Assembly (NCBI RefSeq): GCF_006345805.1 | Contig: NC_042997.1 | Span: forward strand, 121,768,001 to 121,832,000 | Length of the DNA stretch: 64,000 nt | Reading direction: 5' to 3' | From: Octopus sinensis | Lineage: Eukaryota | Shown: one piece after another, positions 38,237 through 51,917 of the stretch | How the letters are laid out: the number at the start of each line of letters is the position of its first letter | Numbering within the stretch: position 1 is the stretch's first letter | Program-made: the position numbers and the translations under genes | The notes under the pieces: generated by a model | The model's input: only the letters and a program-made list of their open reading frames with translations | Told to the model about the DNA's origin: nothing | The model's database searches: none

Positions 38237-40024
38237 CACAATGTAACTTGTATATAATGTTGAGGGGAACTTCAAACGCATCATTAATACTCTTTTCTTT
38301 CACTGTTTTGAAATATAATTAAACCCGAAAATATATATACATATCATTAAATCTGTGCCAAAAAGATAACAAAGCATTTTGATGACTAGCCAAATATTAT
38401 TAATAGAAGAGATTTGTGTTTGTCATTTAGAAGCAGTTTACTATTTTACAATATATCTATCCTACCGAGCCACTAAAATTGAAAGTAGCCATTTAGTTTT
38501 AGAATTCCAAAATCGACGTAATGGATGGAATGTCTATTAAATAACCCTATTTTCTATTTCCTCTAGAAATAGAATATTCATAGAAATTTGCTTATCAGCT
38601 CCATCTAAACATACAACTTCACAACTCTTGATTTAGACGTTGTAATTATAAAGATATCTATAATGCAATAGTATTTCATCATCCACCGTTAGCTGTGATG
38701 TTATTCATTGAAACTCGTGTTTAATCACCATTGACTTAGATGAGTAAAACTAGCTGTACTCTATTGCAATACATCAATGAATTCGGATAGCCCAAGGCCG
38801 ATATTTCATTGTCCAGAAAATCGCCAATGAATTTTAATAAGCTCAGGCTCCTTCCAATACAATGTTTCTAATCGATGTTTACTGCATCTGAAAAGCAAAT
38901 TATGCGTTTTTATCTCATGTTATGAGAAAATATATCAGGATAGCATTGAGAGTGTTTGAAGCAGAATATTTTAACAATGAGCCATTGTTGTGAATATACC
39001 ACTGATGCCTACTATCAGATCTCACAATTTTCTTCGCGTTCTTCAACAAAACGTCACCTTCCACACAAAGGCCCTATTCGCTCTAAGTATCAATAAGCTA
39101 TTTCTGAAGATGTAATCATTAATAAAATTGAAAGAAGTTTTAGAATAGGAAATAAAGAATGTGAATTATGAATAATGGAATAATTATAGATTAAAAAAAA
39201 AAAAATTTTATTTATGAGAACGAATCAAAGAATGAGGGTGCAGATAAAATGTGTTTTCAGGTGGAGTCAACAGAAAAATGTGTAAATATATATGTGTGCA
39301 TGTGTTGTGTGTGAGCATGTATATATATATAATGTGATGTGTGTATGAGTACATGTGTATTTGAATGCGTGCGTATATGTTTGGACGAATATTTCTGTGT
39401 GTGTGTGTGTGTGTAAATTAAATGCGAAAACATTGCGTGAGCCTTTGAACTGTGAACTTTTGAAATTCCATATTTTAGGAATTGATACTGATAGTAACCG
39501 CCCGCTGCGATGCCTTGGTGGATCCGGAAATGTACAATATAGAGCTGCAGTTTTTAACAACTGGAATTGGAACCAAATAAATACAATCGTTTACCGACAT
39601 TTGTAGATTTTGATCTCAGCTCTCATCTGCTTCTTTGTGAAAAACATAATCTACAGAAATGAGTTTGTGAATGAATTAGCTTCATTTTCATAATACAGGT
39701 AGTTATTTTTATTTTATTTTTTTGGTTCCTAAAAGAATATGCTAGAAAGCGTTTGTAAGATTAGTATTTTGTTACGTCTTGAATTCAAATACTACCAATG
39801 CGTTTTTTTTTATCTTTCAATTGATGTGTATTTCGAGAATTAATTACAGGTCAAAATTTCCTTAAGCGCAAGAGTGGCAGTGTGCTAATTAGTTTGCTTA
39901 CCAACAACATGGTTCCGGGTTCAGTCCCACTGCGTAGCACCTTGGGCAAGTCTCTTCTACTATAGCCTCGGGCTGACCAAAGCCTTGAGTAGATTTGGTA
40001 GACGGAAACTCAAAGAAGCCCGTC

Positions 40025-40025
<1 letters not shown>

Positions 40026-40070
<45 letters not shown>

Positions 40071-42239
40071 GTGTGTGTGTGTGAATGTATGTATGTGTGT
40101 GTGTGTGTGAATGTATGTATGTGTGTGTGTGTGTGAATGTATGTATGTGTGTGTGTGTGTGTGAATGTATGTATGTGTGTGTGTGTGTGAATGTATGTAT
40201 GTGTGTGTGTGTGTGAATGTATGTATGTGTGTGTGTGTGTGAATGTATGTATGTGTGTGTGTGTGTGAATGTATGTATGTGTGTGTGTGTGTGAATGTAT
40301 GTATGTGTGTGTGTGTGTGAATGTATGTATGTGTGTGTGTGTGTGAATGTATGTATGTGTGGTGTGTGAATGTATGTATGCGTGTGTGTGTGTGAATGTA
40401 TGTATGTGTGTGTGTGCGTGTGAATGTATGTATGTGTGTGTGCGTGTGAATGTATGTATGTGTGTGTGTGGTGTGAATGTATATATATGTGTGTGTGTGA
40501 ATGTATGTATGTGTATGTGTGTGTGAATGTATATATATGTGTGTGTGTGTGAATGTATATATATGTGGTGTGTGTGAATGTATGTATGTGTGTGTGTGTG
40601 TGTGAATGTATATATATGTATGTATGTGTGTGTGTGAATGTATATATATGTATGTGTGTGTGTGTGAATGTATATATATATGTATGTGTGTGTGTGAATG
40701 TATATATATGTATGTGTGGTGTGTGAATGTATATATATGTATGTGTGTGTGAATGTATATATATGTATGTGTTTGTGTGTGTGAATGTATATATATATGT
40801 ATGTGTGTGTGTGAATGTATATATATGTATGTGTATGTGTGTGTGAATGTATATATATGTATGTGTGTGTGTGAATGTATATATATGTAGGTGTGTGTGT
40901 GTGAATGTATATATGTATGTGTGTGTGTGTGTGAATGTATATATATATGTATGTGTGTGTGTGTGTGAATGTATATATATGTATGTTGTGTGTGTGTGAA
41001 TGTATGTATGTGTGTGTGTGTGTGATGTATGTATGTGTGTGTGTGTGTGAATGTATGTATGTGTGTGTGTGTGAATGTATGTATGCGTGTGTGTGTGTGA
41101 ATGTATGTATGTGTGTGTGTGCGTGTGAATGTATGTATGTGTGTGTGCGTGTGAATGTATGTATGTGTGTGTGTGTGTGAATGTATATGTATGTGTGTGT
41201 GAATGTATGTATGTGTATGTGTGTGTGAATGTATATATATGTGTGTGTGTGTGAATGTATATATATGTGTGTGTGTGTGAATGTATATATATGTGTGTGT
41301 GTGTGTGAATGTATATATATGTATGTATGTGTGTGTGTGAATGTATATATATGTATGTGTGTGTGTGTGAATGTATATATATATGTATGTGTGTGTGTGA
41401 ATGTATATATATGTATGTGTGTGTGTGAATGTATATATATGTATGTGTGTGTGAATGTATATATATGTATGTGTTTGTGTGTGTGAATGTATATATATGT
41501 ATGTGTGTGTGTGTGAATGTATATATATGTATGTGTATGTGTGTGTGAATGTATATATATGTTGTGTGTGTGTGAATGTATATATATGTAGGTGTGTGTG
41601 TGTGAATGTATATATATGTATGTGTTGTGTGTGTGAATGTATTATATATATGTATGTGTGTGTGTGTGATGTATATATATGTATGTGTGTGTGTGTGAAT
41701 GTATATATATGTATGTGTGTGTGTGTGTGTGTGATGTATATATATATATATTATATATATATATATATATATATGTGTGGTGTGTGAATGTATATATATG
41801 TGTGTGTGTGTGTGTGAATGTATGTATGTGTGTGTGTGTTGTGAATGTATATATATGTATGTGTGTGTGTGTGAATGTATATATATATATGTATGTGTGG
41901 TGTGAATGTATATATATGTATGTGTGTGTGTGAATGTATATATATGTATGTGTGTGTGAATGTATATATATGTATGTGTTTGTGTGTGTGAATGTATATA
42001 TATGTATGTGTGTGTGTGTGAATGTATATATATGTATGTGTATGTGTGTGTGAATGTATATATATGTATGTGTGTGTGTGAATGTATATATATGTAGGTG
42101 TGTGTGTGTGAATGTATATATGTATGTGTGTGTGTGTGTGAATGTATATATATATGTATGTGTGTGTGTGTGTGAATGTATATATATGTATGTGTGTGTG
42201 TGTGAATGTATATATATGTATGTGTGTGTGTGTGTGTGA

Positions 42240-42293
<54 letters not shown>

Positions 42294-42295
42294 CT
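40026..42295. repeat. ~2.3 kb compound minisatellite (GAATG-(TA/TATG)n-(TG)n, ~22-30 bp units) inside a family A SINE
   Basis: SINE head at 39865-40025 and tail at 42290-42490 flank the array. Confidence 0.95.
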
Positions 42296-43679
42296 GTGTT
42301 TGTTCCCCCAACATCGCTTGATAATTGATCTTTGTGTGTTTACGTCCCCGTCAATTTGAGTTTCGGCAAAAGGAGACCGATACAATAAGTACTAGGCTTG
42401 CAAAGAATAAGTCCTGGGGTCGATTTGCTCGACTAAAGGCGGTGCTCCAGCATGGTCACAGTTAAATGACAAAAACAAATAAAAGAAAAGAAAATAGAAT
42501 TAGTATTTATCACTGTAGACTTCTATCGCAACAGTAGAATTTTCACTGTTGATTCCAAGTTACAAATTAACAATTTCAAATTCTGGCACAATGCCAGCAA
42601 GTTTGTGGTTGGGGTAAGTCTATTACATGAAACCCCTCTGATTAACTGGTATATATTTTATTGACCCCGAAAGGATGAAAGGCAAACTCGACCTCGGCAG
42701 AATTTGCACTCAGAACCTATACACGGAAGAAATGCCACTAAGCATATTGTTCGGCGCACTAACGGTTCTTTTCTACTCTAGGCACAAGACCCGAAATTTT
42801 TGTGAGGAGGCGGCAGTCGATTAGATCGACCCCAGTACACAAGTGGTACTTAATTTATCGACACCGAAAGGATGAAAGGCGGAATTTGAACTCAGAACGT
42901 AAACAGACGAAACACCGCTAAGCATTTCGCCCGTTTCTACCAGCTCGCCGCCTTGGCGCACTAACGATACCGCCAGCTTGCTAGAACAATAAGCATGTAG
43001 TTTTATTGTGCATTAAGCTGATAGGAATGCATAGTTGGTCGACCATGAGAGGTGAAAATATTTTGAAGTATTTGGAAAAATCACTTATAACAAAAAGGAT
43101 AGACTTTTTATATAGAATATGAAATGTATAGTGATGCAGATTTATGTGGATGATGTGTATTTATAAATATAGCAAAATAAACTTGCTTTGCTAGTTGAAA
43201 TATAATTATACAATCCTGAAAGAGTTCATATTCTTGACAGAAGTTTAAAAGTATAAGGAAAATGAATATCTTTTCCAATATGGATTGTCATAAATAAAAT
43301 ATTGTCACAGAGAAAAGCCATAGTCTGCTGCGATCGTTAATTCGTTAAAATAGTCACCACATATGTTGGAACACTTACTAGATTACAATTTATGATAGCT
43401 TCAGAATATTGTATTCGGATATTACGAAAAAGATCTAATATAGGAACTTTGTAGAATATTATACCAAATTTGAATAAAAATGAATATTTTGACGTTATTT
43501 TCCGTACTTTACAATAAGCAAGTTTGCCATATTGCATTTGAAATTCGATACTTGTCACCCTGATAGCGTATAAGTAACATTTGTTTCTATATTAGCACGA
43601 ATATATATTTATATATGAATGTGTGCTTAAAGGGGAATAAATGGTGTTTATATGTGGGATGTCAGTACCTGAATACATA

Positions 43680-43900
43680 TGTATGTGGTTGATTCCGCCT
43701 TCCCTATCTAAAATAAGTACGGGAATAGTCTGGGTTTCAAGAGCCCGCAATTGTTCAACATACTGCCAGGCAACCTTAGAGATCTACATGACGTTGATGT
43801 GGTAGTTTTCAAAGAATGTTTGGACAGGTTTCTATTTGAGGTACCAGTTGAAGCAACATCGTGCCAGGAGAAATAAAAAAGTGTAGCTCAGGCGAAATCG
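43680..43900 (+). mobile_element. CR1-like LINE 3' fragment
   Basis: NSLGFKSPQLFNILPGNLRDLHDVDVVVFKECLDRFL, a typical CR1 ORF2 C-terminus. Confidence 0.65.
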
Positions 43901-44377
43901 CTACTTCACCCAAAACAATACTGGAAACACTACCGAGTAAGTACAGGTTGTGCACCAGAATGACTTCAACCCTGAGTTGAAACCAGTAAAAGATAAAAGA
44001 AAACATGTAATATATATATATATATATATGTAAATAGATGAGTGTATTTTTACATTGTTAACAATTAACATGGAAAAAATAAATAGTTACCAGGGTAGCA
44101 AAAATCTCACAAGTAAAGATGTTGTAACTCCTTGTTTATAAAGGTAGAAACTTCGTGTTTACGTGGAATATTTTGAATAATATATGAATAAATAAATGGA
44201 GTTAACGCAGGTGTAAATTTTCGACGCGTGTTTCGAAAATTCCCTTGATACTCCATCTATTTATTCATATATATATATATATATAAAGTTAATCCAAACA
44301 TGAAAGCACAAAAAAAACAACAACGCGAGGACGTGGAACAAAATATAGTATTATTGGACGCTCAGGAAAGAAGGAGG

Positions 44378-44412
44378 GTTTAACGTTTCGAGCGGAGCTC
44401 TTCGTTGGAAAC
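44378..44412 (-). ncRNA. Degenerate hammerhead-like motif
   Basis: GUUU-CCAACGA-A-GAGC-ucc-GCUC-GAAAC-GUU-AAAC; the G5 position is A. Confidence 0.4.
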
Positions 44413-44485
44413 ATAGGAGAAGGAATTATCCAGAGAAGGAAAGACAGAGGAAAAAAAATCGCCAACGGTACACACGCGGTCACAT

Positions 44486-44527
<42 letters not shown>

Positions 44528-45052
44528 CGCGCGCGCTTCCGGTTTCGTTTAGGAAAGATGTGCTTTTTGTTCTCCTGAAACAACGAAGAGGGATTCACTA
44601 AATGGACGAAAAAATCTGCTAAAACTGACAAAAACGTAGTTCTTGTTATTTCATAACTACTATAATATATCGGTTAGGAAAAAAGAAATATACATATATG
44701 CAAATATGGGGGTTTACTTAACAGGTAATCTAAACGAATACGTACGCTAGATAAGTGCTGTAACGGATTACTAGGGCTCCAAAGTCATAGCCGCAGATTT
44801 CTGATATAGCGGATATATTATTGTTAAAGGGGACAACAAACGTTAAGGCAAAGCAAAAATCCCAAGTCATATACGTTTTTATTATAGGAAAAATTCCACA
44901 CAAACATTTTCCATTAATAATACCGTATATGACTTGAGATATTAGCCTTGCCTTAACGTTTGTAATCCTCTTTAAGAATATATATATATTAACAATTCCT
45001 CTCTTCATATTATCACTATTGTTATTATTATTATTAATATCAATATTATTAT

Positions 45053-45637
45053 TAGCTTTGTACAGTGAATTCATTTTCAACAAAACATTGGCGGTGTTTG
45101 TTTTCTTGTAAAGAATGTGTATCATCCTCATTTTCTCTGATATCTTTCTCTGGCTTCGCTATCGCTTCGTTCTGAAGAACTCTTTTTGTCTTCAATTTCA
45201 AATTGATGTACATTTCTTTTTCGTGGACCAATATAACTCAGCAAAACAGGTAAAAACTTTAGACCCTGGGTTGCTCCAAAAACTACAATGCCAAGTTACA
45301 TTGTGAAATAAAGGAGTCTGGGACATTGAAAAGACTAGAACAATAATTCCCAAAAGTTTGATAAGTGTTTTTCCACTCATGGCTGAACTTTCTGTGTCAG
45401 CCGCGGCATATTAGGCCCCTGTGAATTTGTCTCGCTCATTAGCTTCAGCAAATGCTCGAGCAATATGAGAACAGAATTCAACTGATATTCCAACAGACAT
45501 GACAAGATTAACAAGAGAAAGGGCATTGAGCTGTATATGCCAAAGGGAAATCATTCCTAATATATCAGTCAATACCATAAGAATGGTAAAAACTAAAAGG
45601 ATTGAAGTATAGAGATGAAATCCCATGAGAATGATTG

Positions 45638-45641
<4 letters not shown>
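45053..45641 (-). pseudogene. NPC1: Intronless, disabled copy of the C-terminal transmembrane region of NPC1 (Niemann-Pick C1 family)
   Basis: Reads ...[32 protein letters not shown]...GA*YAAADTESSAMSGKTLIKLLGIIVLVFSMSQ, then a frameshift to YFTM*LGIVVFGATQGLKFLPVLLSYIGP. This matches NPC1 [23 protein letters not shown]...SGITLTKFGGIVVLAF...GATHGLIFLPVLLSYIGP. Two stops and a frameshift; truncated at its 5' end by (TA)n. The 3' boundary is approximate. Confidence 0.9.
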
Positions 45642-45672
<31 letters not shown>

Positions 45673-46706
45673 AATGTATATGTATATTCAACTTATGCGT
45701 CCAAAAAACTGTTATGAGTATTTTGTAGCATAAACGGTATTTGATATATTCCAGAGTGTCGGACGGCTCGGGATTCCAGTTAGCTGTATTATGAACAAAG
45801 AAATAAACAAATAAAGGATAATTGCCATTCCATTATAGCTGTTTCCAGCGAATTTTTTTTTTCATAGATAAATGAGTTCTTTATATTGTAGACTGAGGCG
45901 TAGGGCTGATAGAAAATCATAAGCCTCGAAGGTTTGGCAGCTCAGAGACAATATTGCTACATCTAATATAAAATGGTATATCATTAGGATGGGAAAAGCC
46001 ATACTCAGAACAGCAGATATGGGTGCAGACAATATGTGGAGATCTAGGAGATATTAAATTTTAAGAACAGGGAAAATTTAATTGGTAATAAATTGGACCT
46101 TCGTCTTTCATGTATTCATAATGCAACCAGTAACTTTAAATATTTTAAAGGTATCATCTATTCTGTCAATTTAGTTTTTAGCCAACGCTACAACACCCAT
46201 AGTTTCCCTACTTTTTTCATATATACCCCTGTACAGTCTAATGACCGGCATGGTCTTCTAGCGAGATTTTTCTTATTCCTCTAGTTTTTATATTTCGTTT
46301 TTGGATTTGGTTTGCAAGCTTCTTTATATGAGTTCGTGTGTTGAAGCATATTCTGTTGTATCTGGGGAGAGTAATTTTCTTTAGGTGCTTTATAATGTAA
46401 TATAATCACCGGTAAATTGTGTATCTTTAATCATTTTATATATCTGGAAACTAGTATAGGTTTTGTATGTCATGCTGTCGGAACAGGTCATCTAACTCTA
46501 TTAATCTAGGATTGAATATTTGTATTATTCAATCGATAATATAATATAATCATATATTATAGTGGCCAATGCATTTTAATTACCTATTAATCTTCACTAC
46601 ACCGGTAAAACAAACTAGAAATATAACTAATGGATAGCTGCATACCCAATAACTTACAGACGATACTGATCTGATATATCCCGTTCTATCTGTAATGTGT
46701 TGTATG

Positions 46707-47113
46707 TGGAGGCGAAATGGCCCAGTGGTTAGGGCAGCAGACTCGCGGTCGTAGGATCGCGGTTTCGATTCCCAGACCGAGCATTGCGAGTGTTTATTGG
46801 GCGAAAACACCTAAAGATCCACGAGGCTCCGGCAGGGGGTGGTGGTGAACCCTGCTGTAGTCTTTCACCACAACTTAAGGGTACACGTGTCTGTGAAGTG
46901 CTCAGCCACTTGCACGTTAATAAATGAGCTGCGATGTCACTGGTACCAAGCGGTATCGGCCTTTGCCTTTCCTTTGGATAGCATCGGTGGCGTGGAGAGG
47001 GGAGACTGGTATGCGTGGGCGACTGCTGATCTTGCATAAACAACCTTGACCAGACTTGTGCCTCGGAGGGTAACTTTCTAAGTCCAATCCCATGGTTATT
47101 CATGACCGAAGGG
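46707..47113 (+). mobile_element. tRNA-derived SINE, chimeric (distinct head/body plus family D tail)
   Basis: Head ggaggcgaaatggcccagtggttagggcagc...gtttcgattcc; from ~46925 the sequence matches the family D 3' half. Confidence 0.75.
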
Positions 47114-47989
47114 CTTCACAATGTGTTGTACATTAGATAATTTTGGTTTTACCCTCGGAAATCTATAATTCAAAAACAGGTAGTATGCTAATACCACTAC
47201 CTATTTTCCCCTTGACCATTATTTTATAATACTTCCTTTTAGGTAAATATATCTTTTTCTATAAGTATATCTGTTAATAACCTTATGATGAATTTCCATT
47301 TGCATCTTACCTTACGCAGAAATTTCATCGTAGAAGATACTACGAATCTACAATTATTAGTTTTAATTACCAACATTCTCATAAACCCCTTATTCAGCTT
47401 TATATCAATACTGAGTTAATTGTATTAGCCCGCTGAAATTAATTTCGTTTTGTTTATGGTACAACTATCTCAAAGCATCCTGATAGTTGCTGTATGATCC
47501 TTATTATTACTCCTGGTTATTATGAATTATTATTGCTTCTATATCGATATTTTCATAATTTATACAATCTCACCTATACTATTCGGGCAATATTATCTCT
47601 CACTCTCATTATTGTCATTACCTTCTCCTGTTATAACCTCGAATTCGTACTTAAGTTCTTTCTCCTTCTGTTTCATTTTAAATAAATTTATGTAGCACAC
47701 GTATTGAATACTTAATTGCCTGAAGTATCCTCTTAGTGTCAACTCTTGTGCCTGCATCTCCATTTCAAATCCTAGTATAACAAAGCTGGCATAAAATAAA
47801 ATGAATAGTAAAGAGATAAATATATGATTAACCCAAACATTACCTTACGCGTTATGATAAACAACTAGACTGCCTGGCACTTGTCTCTCTCTCCCCGCCC
47901 TAACATTCTCATTAACTGCCCTTGAAACTATAAAACTTTTGTAAATTACAATTTAGGGTATCTTAGAGATACCTCCACGCTGGAAATAG

Positions 47990-48276
47990 CAGCCCAAAGA
48001 GTTCAACCCAGAGGGCACTCACTAAGCTAATTGAAGGCATGACTGATCTCGATTAATGGGACCGCCTTAAAGCTTTGAAACCCTACTCTCTCCAACGCCG
48101 CCGTGAGCGGTACATCATTTGTACGATGTGGAGAATACATTGCCAGAATTGCCCAAATGACCTGAACATTAGTTTCAAGGTTCATCGAAGGCTGGAACCA
48201 CGGGCCATACGTCCCCAGCCCAATTCAGGATCACAACATATAAATACATTGCGATATAACTTCATTTCCTCAACAG
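47990..48276 (+). mobile_element. CR1-like LINE 3' fragment
   Basis: [38 protein letters not shown]. Confidence 0.75.
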
Positions 48277-48492
48277 TATATATATACATATATATATACA
48301 TAAGTATATATATATATATACATATGTATATATATATATACATATATATATACATATGTATATATATATATATACATATATGTATATATGTGTATATATA
48401 TGTATATATGTATATATATATATACATATGTATATATATATATACACATTTGTATATATATATATATGTGTGTATATATGCATACGTGTTTA

Positions 48493-48524
<32 letters not shown>

Positions 48525-48606
48525 GATTTACAAATGTATACACATACACATACATATATATATAAATGCATACATATATACCTACATATATACCTACATA
48601 TATATA

Positions 48607-48684
<78 letters not shown>

Positions 48685-48702
48685 TAGATAGATAGATAGA
48701 TG
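48277..48702. repeat. Imperfect (TA)n/(TACA)/(TAGA) microsatellite
   Basis: Directly visible. Confidence 0.9.
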
Positions 48703-51700
48703 TCTCATATTCCATATATCGCAAAAGAATTCTATTTCAAGAATGAATAATGTTCAAAGTTGTAATACCTATAAGTAAGAGGACTCTCTCATTATCTTGA
48801 AATAAGAGGACAGTTCTGTGTTTTTGCCACAAAAGGCAAGACAAATGTCCGATGCCTTCTCTAGATGCCAATACAAATAGACAAAAAAAAATATTAGATC
48901 ACATATTTTGGGCCTAGGTAACTTGCATACATGAAACAAAACATTGTACACGACAAATAATTCATAGCCTTCCAGTAGCATAAACTTGAATAACATATTC
49001 AAAGACACCTATATCCAATACCATACAAATAAATTCTTGATTTATTAAAATCATCTTCTCAAAAGAATGTGTCATAATTACTAAATTGACATTGAGATTT
49101 ACTCCTTATGAAAAATTGTGGCGGAAATTTGAAGAATCGCTGATTTACCAACTTTGACATGTCATTTGAGTAAACGAGCTGGAATATTACCTGCGAAAAG
49201 TTATGTCCACCACCTCGCATATACATATATACATACACACACACATTCTTTGATATATGTATATATGAACATAATGTTGAGTAAATCGAGAAATGTGTAT
49301 ACTGCCGATAGCATTATGTATAATACATACTCATTTGTATGGTATATAAGACAATCATAATTTAAGCTAGACTACATATGGGTAAACTACAATATAGTTG
49401 TGGGTGAACTATATTTGCGCTTTTGCGGTATTAATTGAATGTGGATTTTATGTCCAATATAATATCAGGAAAATTGGAATGAAGTTGATATAATGCAATC
49501 CATGTGGCGCGTAAGTTAAGAGGTATTAAACAAGTTCTCTCTATGCGGGGAAAAAAGGCGGAGAGAGCATATTTGAAAAATGAAGCGCACAATTTTTAGA
49601 CAGGAGGTGATTGTAACTTTTCTTAATAATTACCAAATAAACAAAATTTCAAGCGGATGTTTTTAGTTGGTGAATACGGTTCTTGATGAATATTACAATA
49701 AGCGCAAGGTACTTGAATTTAAGATACCAGGTGGCTGTAACTTTCCCAATTATCACCAAATATTTTAACGTTCAAGTCAATATGTGCAGTTGATTGATAT
49801 TCAAGGATATTGAAGATTACAATAGGCACTAATATGATGCCATACAGAACGTACCATTTGTTTATTATTATTTTTTTTTAAGACGATGACAACAATCATG
49901 CGAATTTTAACAATTAGTGTATCTAAATAAGACGCATATTCCAACATTCATTCGTAAATCGAGTGTGCGTTAATCTGAACATAAAAATATATGTTTTCTT
50001 TTTTGAATGTTAACATAATCATTAACACAGGAATATGCAATTGTAGAAAAATAGAAGAATATCCATATTTAAATATGAGTATTTAACCCTCTTCTCTCTA
50101 TTATGTATCTGAGTGCGTTATGTGTCTGTTATGTGTCGTGCGTGCGCGCATTCACGCCCACATAAACATACATAAGTGTTCAGCATCATATAATTATATA
50201 AGAAGCTTCGAAAGGTATATCTGGTGATTTTCTTCTGAGGGATGTGCTACTGGTTTTCTTTGTATTTTCAATTAGAATAATAGATTTCAAAATATAATTT
50301 GCATAATTGCATAATAATTTGAACATTTCTATATGCTTGTGTGCATAATTGATCTATAACATGCTCCTATAGGCAAGACCTTGTTTTACAGTATCTAAAC
50401 TGTCGAAAAACAGTAAGATGCCGCATGTTTATAAATCACGTAATAGAGAATAGTTACGGAACTCTATCTCATTATGTGTTCGAAAAGATATATGTGAATT
50501 AGATATGTTTGCATGTGTGTGCCTAAACATATACATATAGGGTATTAAAAGACCGACGGAGGCTAAGCCAGATTTCTCATAAAGAAGAAACATTAATTCC
50601 ATGACATTCTTTCAAGAGTAATATGTATTCTACATATAAAATCTTAGATTTACATCACATATTTATTCTAAGCAAATTCCGGAAAGTGTCAATTTATAAG
50701 TCGAATGCTTCAGAACACTAAATCATTAGAGCTAATGTATTTTGATCATAAAATTTTGTTTCATTTCCATCTTGATCGAAAGATACAAAGGTCCCACCAG
50801 ATAATTTAGTGATATCCATATGAATCACTATACTAAAAAAAATGTGTTGTATTTACCACTTTATATAGTTAAAATTCAATAACAGTTTTCTTCCGCCAAA
50901 GAGAAAACATGTTTTTCTGTCTATGTAATCGTAATGTTCTTTAAATATGCACATATTTACATGAACGAAAATCAGTACAATGTATGGGAAAAAAAGTCAA
51001 ACCCACAATATATAAGAGACATTTTGTTCGTGTATGAGTATTAATGCAGAAAACGGCAGACAAATATACTGTAAAACATATGTCAAAGGAAGGAAAAGGT
51101 AGACATAAGCAAAACAAAGAACTTATTTTATTTCTTGAAATAAATTGACAATAACAAAAGCTTATCATTTCCCGCTAATCTCCAAAAAGTTTACCGTCAA
51201 CAGAGTCACTCAATGATGCTAGATGCAAATAGGTTCGCGGAGTCAATTATATGCTTGCAGCAACATTGAAATTTCCTAGTATATTGGCAGATTATTTTAC
51301 ATTTCGTCCTGTAAAATATTAGGAATTCTATACATGTCAGAACTGCTTTCGACTGCGTCTAATCTTAGATTTACATCACATTTTTATTCTAAGCAAATTT
51401 CGGAAAGTGTCAATAATGGCTGGCTAGATAAGAAAATTGATGTTTTCTATTACTATTACTCAGTAGAAAAGAAGAAACAAAACAAAAAGAGGAAAAAAAA
51501 TTACGATTGGTATTCTTAAAAATTCCTTTTGATAACATTGAATATTCAGGAGCAGAACAGAAATAAAGCATTTGATATAGACAAAACGGGGAAATTTCCA
51601 AATAAATTTCCGCCAAAGATACATTTTCTTTCGTTAACAGTGATTTTCTATTCGCGTATTTTCTGGCCAAATTTGAAAATATGGCAAGCTGAAACAGTTT

Positions 51701-51917
51701 TTCAGAGAAAAATTACCAAATTTATTCCTATTTCTATGAAACTATGCGGAATATATATTTATATATTACAAATAACGTATGGCGTTAGAGAAAAAGTAAA
51801 ACCCATAGTGTAACAAAAATGTAGTTAATATACTTCTTTTCAGTCTGTTGTATCAAATGATATATTTGCCATTAGCCGCAGAATATAGAGATTATAGATT
51901 TCTAGGGATTTTCAATA

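Noticed and set aside
40026-42295. Regularly punctuated array as a CRISPR
   Set aside because: No unique spacers, low complexity, eukaryotic context, no cas genes.
40935-42385. Long H/T/Y/I- and C/V/M-rich ORFs (up to 247 aa)
   Set aside because: Translations of the TA/TG minisatellite; the same applies to the YI-repeat ORFs at 48075-48724, 35270-35506, 54461-55003 and 58911-59247.
45411-45641. NPC1-like ORF as a functional nested gene or receptor exon
   Set aside because: In-frame stops, a frameshift, and no splice acceptor at its TA-truncated 5' edge.
46090-47700. Repeat-like sequence flanking the SINE at 46707
   Set aside because: Looks like a decayed retroelement but I could not recover a diagnostic motif.
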